Origin: a virus
Lineage: Duplodnaviria; Caudoviricetes
DNA: 64,000 nt
Virus record (IMG/VR): IMGVR_UViG_3300035422_000096
Location: 26,446 to 90,445 of that record
Direction: 5' to 3' (one strand)
Numbering within the stretch: the first letter of the stretch is position 1; every line of letters starts with the position of its first letter. The position numbers were made by a program, and so were the translations under genes. Shown in pieces: positions 55,311 to 63,278 of this stretch. A model generated the notes under the pieces. The model saw only the letters and a program-made list of their open reading frames with translations, made no database searches and was not told the DNA's origin.

Positions 55311-55532
55311 ATGGAGGACATAAGTATGAATGACAAATATGAAGTAATAAAAGAGTTTGAATGTCATGGAGAACAGATGGTGACTGTTAGGATCGGAAAC
55401 GCTGCTCATGTAATGAGTTTAGAAGAATGGCATAAAATTTATGGAAGAAGTCATCAGGATAAATGGAAAACTAAGGTTGATTGGAATAGATTTATACCAA
55501 GAAAACTATATAATCAAAGTAAAGTATCTTAA
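55311..55532 (+). CDS. Hypothetical protein
   Basis: 73 aa ORF, internal GGAGG RBS. Confidence 0.55.
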   Translation: MEDISMNDKYEVIKEFECHGEQMVTVRIGNAAHVMSLEEWHKIYGRSHQDKWKTKVDWNRFIPRKLYNQSKVS

Positions 55533-55567
55533 AATGATTAGTCCCTGATAGGATTGGAGGATATATT

Positions 55568-55786
55568 ATGACAGTTAGAGAGTTAAAGGATCAGTTAGAG
55601 ACGTTTGATGACGATATGGAAGTTGTCATTGGAATGCAACAGACATACGGAACAAATTTTGCTATGGAGATTGAAGATAATCTTGATGAATATAATGTTA
55701 CAGCTTTTGGTGGTGAAGATTGTAGGGCGGTTGTGATAACAGAAGGAAGTCAAATTGGTTCTGTTGATTATAGTGAAGATGAATAA
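55568..55786 (+). CDS. Small acidic hypothetical protein
   Basis: RBS GGAGG; MTVRELKDQLETFDDD. Confidence 0.7.
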   Translation: MTVRELKDQLETFDDDMEVVIGMQQTYGTNFAMEIEDNLDEYNVTAFGGEDCRAVVITEGSQIGSVDYSEDE

Positions 55787-55831
55787 AAAATAGGATGAAT
55801 GGATTATTTTATTGGAAAGTAGGAGGTATTT

Positions 55832-56716
55832 ATGTCAGATATTATTGATAAACTGCTTGATAAAATAGTAGATGTTACAGGAATTTTATATCCTTTTACT
55901 TCTACAATTAAAAATATAACTGATAATAAAAACGAGTTAAGAGATTTACACAGAGAACTCGATCGAGAGTATAAAAAGAATATACTAGAAGGTCGTGACT
56001 TAGATGATTTTCAACGGGCAGTTCTTATTTCAAGTATTAACCAGTCTACTAAAAAATTTTATAATCAAGTTAAAATACTTAATGTGGCATGTAATAATAT
56101 GAATGATTCTGCCGATCCTAATCTATTAGATGATGATTGGTTGTTTTATTTTATGAACAAGGCAGCGTTAATATCTGACGAGCAAATGAGAAATACATGG
56201 GGATCAATATTAGCAGAAGCTTGTGATGATCCTAAGATTTGTAGTAAAAGTTTAATAAACACATTGTCATTAATGAATAAAAATCATGCAGAAACATTTA
56301 AATGTATATGTAAGTTTAGGCTTGTTAATATGAATATACCAGCTGATGATAAAGATAGAATAAGCTATTATCCTGTTATATTCTTTGGCAAGAACGCTCA
56401 GGGATACGCAAATCATGGATTAACAAATAGAAGAATTTTGGAGTTAGAACATTTGGGTTTAATTGATCTTGATTCAAATAAAGAGTTTGTAGTTTATACA
56501 GATTTGTTAAAGTTACGAGATAGAAAAAATAGTGTTGAAATTATAGGAGATGGAAAAGTAGAAATCGGAAACATTACATTTACATATGATGGGTTTTTGT
56601 TGCAGAAAATTATTGAAAATTATTATGATAGTAAAATAATGGATTTTAATATTCAAGTATGGTGTCACAAGGGCTATCAAGTTTATAGGAATGGTAAGAA
56701 GCAGAATGGAGAATGA
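55832..56716 (+). CDS. DUF2806-like protein
   Basis: LDDDWLFYFMNKAALISDEQMRNTWGSILA..SKSLINTLSLM. Confidence 0.7.
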   Translation: MSDIIDKLLDKIVDVTGILYPFTSTIKNITDNKNELRDLHRELDREYKKNILEGRDLDDFQRAVLISSINQSTKKFYNQVKILNVACNNMNDSADPNLLDDDWLFYFMNKAALISDEQMRNTWGSILAEACDDPKICSKSLINTLSLMNKNHAETFKCICKFRLVNMNIPADDKDRISYYPVIFFGKNAQGYANHGLTNRRILELEHLGLIDLDSNKEFVVYTDLLKLRDRKNSVEIIGDGKVEIGNITFTYDGFLLQKIIENYYDSKIMDFNIQVWCHKGYQVYRNGKKQNGE

Positions 56717-56761
56717 AATAATAGTTTTAACCTATGATTAACATTAGATACGAGGAATTTT

Positions 56762-57739
56762 ATGGATACAGAAAAATACTCTGAAATAGAGATATTTCAC
56801 ATGGTTTTAAGTGGAGAATTAAAAAGATATCCAAATGGGTTTTGGGTTCCACCGTTTGGAATTACTTACGCTGTTAATATCTTAAAATATGTAATCGAAG
56901 ATATTTTAAAATGGAATGATAATGATATTATTGAAAAGTATGATATAAATTTGTTTAAGAAGTATAAATTATGTGGTTTATTGGCAAACATATTTAATAA
57001 CTCGCCATTTGAAGCCCTCAATGCAGTTTATCCAAATAGATTTCATGCATGGCAATTAAATAAAAAGCCTTTAAGATATTGGAAAGATGAAAAGAATGTT
57101 ATTGAAGTAGTAAAACATGTCTATGAAGATGAACTGGGAGTTGTAAATACAGAAGAAATATATGATATAAGGGATCATAAAGGTATTTTTGATAAATATG
57201 GAATAAGGGCAATTCCAAGAATACAAAATAAGTCAATACATGAAATAATTATTATGGCATATCCAGAATTATGTGAAAGTGGTTTTCATAAAAGAAGTAA
57301 TTCTTTTTATACTGTTGAAAATCAATTAGAAGTTTTAAAATCATGGATCGAAACAAATAATTATAAACATGATGATATTGTAAAAATGACAGAAGAATCA
57401 TTAAAAGACATTAAACTATATGCTACACTAGTTTACAAAAATAATATGGGAATTTATGATATTATAAATACAATTTATCCAGGAGAATTTAAACCGTGGG
57501 AATTTCCAAAAATTAAAAGAGGATTTTGGAAAGATGATAAAAATATTTGTGAAGCAGTAAAGTGGCTTATTGAAGAAAAACTAAACATTGATACTAAAGA
57601 TACAATTAGGATATCAAAAGAAGACTTTCGTAGAAATAGTTTAACAAGTTTGATTCAGTATGCTGAAATAAATCATATTGGACTTAAAACATTGATGAAA
57701 ATGGTATATAAGGATTCTAATGTGGTTTTCAAAATTTGA
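56762..57739 (+). CDS. DUF4046-like repeat protein
   Basis: EIFHMVLSGELKRYPNGFW; repeated YPxxFxxW..xxxYW units. Confidence 0.65.
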   Translation: MDTEKYSEIEIFHMVLSGELKRYPNGFWVPPFGITYAVNILKYVIEDILKWNDNDIIEKYDINLFKKYKLCGLLANIFNNSPFEALNAVYPNRFHAWQLNKKPLRYWKDEKNVIEVVKHVYEDELGVVNTEEIYDIRDHKGIFDKYGIRAIPRIQNKSIHEIIIMAYPELCESGFHKRSNSFYTVENQLEVLKSWIETNNYKHDDIVKMTEESLKDIKLYATLVYKNNMGIYDIINTIYPGEFKPWEFPKIKRGFWKDDKNICEAVKWLIEEKLNIDTKDTIRISKEDFRRNSLTSLIQYAEINHIGLKTLMKMVYKDSNVVFKI

Positions 57740-57856
57740 TTGTGTATAGGCATAGGTTTATATATTTAAGTGATAGGAATCGTGTAAAAGCGATTCTTTT
57801 TCTTTACAAAGTCTTTTGCTTGTGATAACATATTTGAAGAAAGGATGTGATAACAA

Positions 57857-58447
57857 ATGCCAAAAGATGATTACATTCGCTTTAGATGCTCTACTGATCT
57901 GAAAGAATTAGTAGGAAGACAGGCGGAAGAAAAGGGAATGAATATAACGGATTATATGGAATATCTGATCAGAAAGGATGGAAATAATATGATGTATGTG
58001 TATTATACTGAGGAATTAAATGGAGAAATTACAAAGAAAATTACTGATAATGGAAATGCTGTTAGAGTAGATCCAGATGAAGATATGTATTTATTGTCTA
58101 AGACCGACAAGATTTCCGTAGATGGAAAAGTGATAGATTGTAGTTATTCTCTTGAAGAATATATAAAGTTTTTTGATGGAGGAGATATTGTTAGATTAGC
58201 TGGTATAGAAATCACTAAAATAGAAACCATAGAAACTCTTTTGGACATGTTGTATGAATCGTGTGGAAACGATAAACATGAAACGTATGCTGAACGGATT
58301 TATAATTCCGATAATCCTCGGAATGAAATTAAGCAGATTATCAATGAATTTTTGATAATAAGAATGGATATGGTATTGTCTGATATTAAGTCAGAAGTAT
58401 GTCGGATAGAAAAACAGATTGAAGATGGGACATTAGAGTGGGAATAA
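57857..58447 (+). CDS. Protein with N-terminal ribbon-helix-helix
   Basis: YIRFRCSTDLKELVGRQAEEKGMNITDYMEYLIR. Confidence 0.65.
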   Translation: MPKDDYIRFRCSTDLKELVGRQAEEKGMNITDYMEYLIRKDGNNMMYVYYTEELNGEITKKITDNGNAVRVDPDEDMYLLSKTDKISVDGKVIDCSYSLEEYIKFFDGGDIVRLAGIEITKIETIETLLDMLYESCGNDKHETYAERIYNSDNPRNEIKQIINEFLIIRMDMVLSDIKSEVCRIEKQIEDGTLEWE

Positions 58448-58467
58448 TATTTTTTGAGGATATTTTT

Positions 58468-58935
58468 ATGCCAGAGCAGAAATTTAGCATCAAAGAAAAT
58501 CAGGAAATATGGGATGCCTATTATAATCGACATTTGCAAGAATGGGAGAAAGAAAATAAGGAAAAACTTGAAACTCAAAAGTGGACAGATGAAGAAAAAA
58601 TAGTACATGGTAAAAAGTTAATGTCTTATAGTATGTCACTGGACAAGATAACGCCATATAGTTATGCTTATATTAGGAAAAAGCAGAGCATACAACAATA
58701 TAAGCCAGTTATACTAAGATTTGAAAACTATATTAAAAAATCTTTTAATGATGTTTCTGCGGAAGATATGGAAAAATTTAGGAGAGTAGAGAAGAAAATA
58801 AATCATTTCAATGCATTTATGATTTATTGTGTAACTAATAAAATTATACAAAATAATAATAAAGATTTTTTGATTGGTTTATTACCAGAAATATATAGGA
58901 GTATTGGTAAAATAATTGCTGAATTAGGTGGATAA
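58468..58935 (+). CDS. Hypothetical protein
   Basis: Start MPEQKF behind GAGG. Confidence 0.6.
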   Translation: MPEQKFSIKENQEIWDAYYNRHLQEWEKENKEKLETQKWTDEEKIVHGKKLMSYSMSLDKITPYSYAYIRKKQSIQQYKPVILRFENYIKKSFNDVSAEDMEKFRRVEKKINHFNAFMIYCVTNKIIQNNNKDFLIGLLPEIYRSIGKIIAELGG

Positions 58936-58972
58936 AATCTAAGTTTCAAGAACATTATGGAGGAATGAAGGA

Positions 58973-59422
58973 TTGAAAAAATTTGCAGTAATGAGATTTG
59001 AATATCCAGGCGATGTTCACGAATTTTTACGTAAACATCAGGAATTAAGTTTATATGATATAGAATATAAAGAATTTTTAGTAGCAGAAACTGAAAAAAG
59101 CAATAAACCTAAATATAAGAAAAAAACTGTTGCTAGATTTGTTAGTGAGAATGATAGATTAATCATAACATCTTTTGACAGCTATATAAAGTTGAGTGAT
59201 AATGCAAAGAAAATCGTTAGTTGTGTTAAGATGCCTGATGAAGAACCAATTAAATTGCAGATTGGAAAATCATTTAATGGAATTACTGTTGACGAAGATT
59301 TGTATTATGAAGTCTTTCATTTTGCAACAGACAACGGATTAAAATATTGGAGACATGATGTGGAAGATGGTGAACAGATTGAAATTTGCATTAATCCAGA
59401 TAGTATTGTTAGATTAGAATAA
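58973..59422 (+). CDS. Hypothetical protein
   Basis: TTG start behind GGAGG. Confidence 0.7.
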   Translation: MKKFAVMRFEYPGDVHEFLRKHQELSLYDIEYKEFLVAETEKSNKPKYKKKTVARFVSENDRLIITSFDSYIKLSDNAKKIVSCVKMPDEEPIKLQIGKSFNGITVDEDLYYEVFHFATDNGLKYWRHDVEDGEQIEICINPDSIVRLE

Positions 59423-59461
59423 AACAATGAAATTAGATATTCAAGGAAGGGATGAGGATAA

Positions 59462-59806
59462 ATGGATAAAGAACAATTTATCAAATGGAGAGAAAATGGT
59501 GGAAGAATATATAAATATGTATATGAGGTCGAAGCAGGAAAAGAAGATTTAAGAAAAAGCGAATGTGAAGTAGACGCAGTTTATGAAGACGGGTTTAAAA
59601 CGTTCGGCTTTGGATATCATATCCCATTTGATTGCTTTGAAAAATGGAAAATGCAACATTGGAGTTCAAATTCATATGAATATTTTATCTTCTTGACTAA
59701 TGAACAGAACATAGATGATTATTTGGGAGAAATAAAAAAATGTATTGCTGAAGGACTTCAAAAAGAAATAAGGGATTTGCAAAAATCATTGGCATTAGTT
59801 GTATAA
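59462..59806 (+). CDS. Hypothetical protein
   Basis: RBS GAGG. Confidence 0.7.
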   Translation: MDKEQFIKWRENGGRIYKYVYEVEAGKEDLRKSECEVDAVYEDGFKTFGFGYHIPFDCFEKWKMQHWSSNSYEYFIFLTNEQNIDDYLGEIKKCIAEGLQKEIRDLQKSLALVV

Positions 59807-59918
59807 TCAGCACGACAATGTGATATTTAACTAAATACATTAAGGTAGTAAAGCATTTGGAGTTAAATCCAGATGCTTTTTATTATATAAAAAATTACAT
59901 ATTTTAGGAGGTTTTTGT

Positions 59919-60848
59919 ATGAGCGCAGTAGTAGCAATGAATGAGGAAACAAGGAGGATGGAACAATTTAATGACATAGTGGCAAATATCAAGCCACTTA
60001 TGACTGTTGGAAAAGGTAAGAATCAGAGAGCAATTACAGGGAGTGCAGTTGTTCCGTTGTCTTGTTGTTTTGTGGATTCAAGGTATCAGGGTATGAGAAC
60101 ACATAAGCATCTGAATCGGTTAAAGAATAAATGGGATGAACGAAAGTTGACACCTATTATCTTAGTACCACATCCAGAAGAATACAGATTTGCGGTTGTA
60201 GATGGTCAGGGGAGGTGTCTTGTGGCTCCTGATAAGGGTATGGATCGTCTCAATGCAATTATCCTTATGGACGCTCCTGAAGACTTAGATGAGCGATTAA
60301 AATTTGAAGCTGAATACTTCATAGGACAGGATTCAGAAGTGGAAAATGTGAAGCCACTTGAAAAGCATCTTTCAAGAGTAATTATTGGTGATAATGCTGC
60401 CGTTTCTTTGGATAAACTTTTAAACAAATATGGAATTAAATTTGTTGCAACAAAAGGAAACAGGGAAGAATCGGTTCTTGGAAGTTATACAGATACATAT
60501 TCAATTGTAAAAGTTCATGGTGAGAAGTGCCTGGACTTTATTTTTTCTATCATTGATAATGCTGGTTGGAACAAAGAGACAAACGGGTACGCAACTTTTG
60601 TTATGAGAGCGTTGAGAGAAGTATGGATTGCACATCCGAATGATAGGAAGGAAATACATAGATATTTGTCAAAGGAATTAAGACAGATTGATCCTGCTTT
60701 ATTCAGTGCAGAAGCAAAAGCAAAGTATCCGAAACGTGACCACAGAGTATCCTGTGTGCTTTATGTGGAGGATTTAGTGTGTGACGGACTCGGAATAGAG
60801 AAGAAGATATATGTAGAGAACGGAAAGAAAGTAAAAATTTCTAATTAA
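59919..60848 (+). CDS. ParB/sulfiredoxin-fold protein (DUF6551-like)
   Basis: VDSRYQ..WDERKLTPIILV..FAVVDGQGR. Confidence 0.65.
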   Translation: MSAVVAMNEETRRMEQFNDIVANIKPLMTVGKGKNQRAITGSAVVPLSCCFVDSRYQGMRTHKHLNRLKNKWDERKLTPIILVPHPEEYRFAVVDGQGRCLVAPDKGMDRLNAIILMDAPEDLDERLKFEAEYFIGQDSEVENVKPLEKHLSRVIIGDNAAVSLDKLLNKYGIKFVATKGNREESVLGSYTDTYSIVKVHGEKCLDFIFSIIDNAGWNKETNGYATFVMRALREVWIAHPNDRKEIHRYLSKELRQIDPALFSAEAKAKYPKRDHRVSCVLYVEDLVCDGLGIEKKIYVENGKKVKISN

Positions 60849-61909
60849 TGTTTGAGATGGAGGAAAATGTCATGAAAATTATCAAAGGTGCGGATCGTGG
60901 AAGAACAGAGTGGACAGCACGGAAACTTGTTGAATTTGTGGAAGATAGAACAGTGAATTTTAACATTGATATTCAAAGGGGTTATGTGTGGAAAGATAAT
61001 GACAAGAAATCTGCTTTGATTCGCTCTTTGATATTGGATAGACATGTTCCTCCATTGTATTTTAACAAGGTGGAAGATGTTTATGAGGGTGAAGACGGAA
61101 AGCAACGGACATTAACTATTATTAAATTCTTAAAGGATGAGTTTGAATTGAGCGGACTTGAGGAATTTACAGTAATAAATGATGAAGGGGAGACGGAAGA
61201 AATTGACATCAACGGGTACAAGTTTAGTGATTTGCCAGAATGTTTCCAGAATGCTATTAAGGAATATTCATTCACCATTTGTTATACGGACAATGCGGAT
61301 CAGGAAGAACAGGCGGATACATTCTATAATCTGAATAATGGTCAGGCATTAAACGCTGCTACGATGAACCGTGTAAAGGCGAAATCAAAGGAACAGATTA
61401 TCAATCTTGGGAAGCATAAATTATTTGAAGATGCTTTAAGTCAGACAGCTTTAGATGGACATGTAAATGAGGATATGGTGGCAAAGGCACATGCAATCTT
61501 AAATGACAGTGAAGTTTCTACGGATGCAAAATGGATTCGTCCATATATGAGGAAAGCAGATATTACGAAGGATGATGAGTTCCTGCTCAATGAAGTGTTT
61601 GAACGAATTTATAACATTCATTCTATGATAGAGGATAAGAAAATTGCAAAAAGAATTTATGCCAGGACACATATGATTAGTATTGTGCCGATTATTGCAG
61701 AGTCAATTAATGAAGGATATTCAGATAAGCAGATGATGGAATGGTTTGTAAACTTCTTTAGTGGAAAGAAATCTGCTACAACTTCTAAGGCGTATAATGA
61801 TGCTGCCGGACGTGGAACAGGAAAAAATTCTGCTGTTATGAAGAGGGTGGAGGAAATTAAAAAGGATTATGATAAATATTTTGGAAGTATGAAGACTTTA
61901 GCAAGTTGA
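60848..61909 (+). CDS. DUF262 (GmrS/ParB-like) domain protein
   Basis: IQRGYVW..LIRSLIL..VPPLYF..DGKQRTLTI; TAATG coupling. Confidence 0.8.
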   Translation: MFEMEENVMKIIKGADRGRTEWTARKLVEFVEDRTVNFNIDIQRGYVWKDNDKKSALIRSLILDRHVPPLYFNKVEDVYEGEDGKQRTLTIIKFLKDEFELSGLEEFTVINDEGETEEIDINGYKFSDLPECFQNAIKEYSFTICYTDNADQEEQADTFYNLNNGQALNAATMNRVKAKSKEQIINLGKHKLFEDALSQTALDGHVNEDMVAKAHAILNDSEVSTDAKWIRPYMRKADITKDDEFLLNEVFERIYNIHSMIEDKKIAKRIYARTHMISIVPIIAESINEGYSDKQMMEWFVNFFSGKKSATTSKAYNDAAGRGTGKNSAVMKRVEEIKKDYDKYFGSMKTLAS

Positions 61910-62008
61910 TTTGTATATATTCCATGCTGTATATGTGTTGGATCGTGCTCTATACTTCTTCACGAAAAAGAGAAGTAATTTATATAAAATGATTGGAGGA
62001 AAAATTTT

Positions 62009-62392
62009 ATGAGTAGAACAACGGCAGGAATCATGAGAATTAATCAGGAATTAGATAAGATTTCTGGTTTGGGTGGTATCGTGTCAGAAAAAATTGAAGA
62101 ACTTGAAAATCAAATTAGAACTATGGTGTCTGACATTTTGGAAAATCATTCAGAAGCAAGTATGTTTGATTACTATGGAGATGGTTCAAATGTGCTAAGT
62201 AGTAGTGTAAAATATGACGCTTCATTAAGGATAATGGAAATTAAAAAGGCTATTCGTAACGTGCAAAAAGATGGACTCAGAGTTGCATTGAATGATGGAA
62301 AATTATGTGTAGAAAATACAGTCAGGACGATGAATACCAATGACTATACAGAACCTTTTGGGTATGCAGAAATTGATTGCTTTGGTGATTAA
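62009..62392 (+). CDS. Hypothetical protein
   Basis: RBS GGAGG. Confidence 0.7.
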   Translation: MSRTTAGIMRINQELDKISGLGGIVSEKIEELENQIRTMVSDILENHSEASMFDYYGDGSNVLSSSVKYDASLRIMEIKKAIRNVQKDGLRVALNDGKLCVENTVRTMNTNDYTEPFGYAEIDCFGD

Positions 62393-62560
62393 AACGTCTT
62401 AAAATCATCGTTTGATTGGAGGTGCATTTATGGAAGAAAAGTATATGGATAAACTATATGAGTTATTGGAAAAAGCAGAAAAAGAAAAGGATCTCGAAGT
62501 AATAGCAGTATTAAGATGGGTGATTTTTAACTTGGAAAATAGATAAGGAGAGTATGAGTT

Positions 62561-62674
62561 ATGGGAAATAAAACAAAGCAAACAGGTAAGACAGAGGTAT
62601 ATCCGTTCTGGAATATGGAAGATATTAAGAACATGATGGACTATTTTAAGATGAAAGGTATGTGGCATTGGTAA
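62561..62674 (+). pseudogene. Truncated 37-aa ORF resembling the N-terminus of phage tyrosine-recombinase-like proteins
   Basis: MGNKTKQTGKTEVYPFWNMEDIKNMMDYFKMKGMWHW*, cut off where the HTH cassette promoter begins. Confidence 0.45.
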
Positions 62675-62739
62675 TTTTATCATTGAAAAATAATAAATTA
62701 TCACTTATAATATATGAAGTGGAAGGAAGGTGATATAGT

Positions 62740-62952
62740 TTGTCAATGAGCAAGAAAATAAAAATGCTCATGCTGGAAAGAGAAGTTACACAGATGCAAC
62801 TTGCAGAAAAATTAGGAACATCACAAAGCAACCTTGCAAATAAATTAAAACGTGATAATTTTTCTGAAAAAGAATTAATCCAGATAGCAGAAATATTAAA
62901 TGCAACTTTTGAAGGAAATTTTGTTTTAAATGATACTGGAAAAAGCATCTAA
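62740..62952 (+). CDS. XRE-type HTH protein
   Basis: TQMQLAEKLGTSQSNLANKLKRDNFS; own promoter TTGAAA-17-TATAAT at 62683-62711. Confidence 0.85.
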   Translation: MSMSKKIKMLMLEREVTQMQLAEKLGTSQSNLANKLKRDNFSEKELIQIAEILNATFEGNFVLNDTGKSI

Positions 62953-63032
62953 CGGAAAGTGTTGGGTGCTTTTCTTAGATTGCACAATATCATTATGCAA
63001 TGATAAATTATTAAAAATAGGTGATATTTCTA

Positions 63033-63061
63033 TTGATATTATCACTTAAAAGTGATAATAT
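63033..63061 (+). promoter_or_regulatory. Promoter with 11-bp perfect inverted repeat
   Basis: TTGATA-17-TAATAT; TATTATCACTT-AA-AAGTGATAATA. Confidence 0.75.
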
Positions 63062-63278
63062 ATACTTGTAAGGAATATTAGATGCCTTGCAGCAAGTCAA
63101 AAGTTGCTTAGAGTTCTTTTGATTATCTGGTTTATCGGATGGAAACATAAGGCACTTGTTGCGGAACGGTAGAGCAGATAAAAGAAAAGTAGAAATATAT
63201 AACGTGCAGATGATGCGTTACAAATCGCATAGGAAGGATATAGAGTATATATTTTAAAACGAAAGGTGGAGAAATAAG

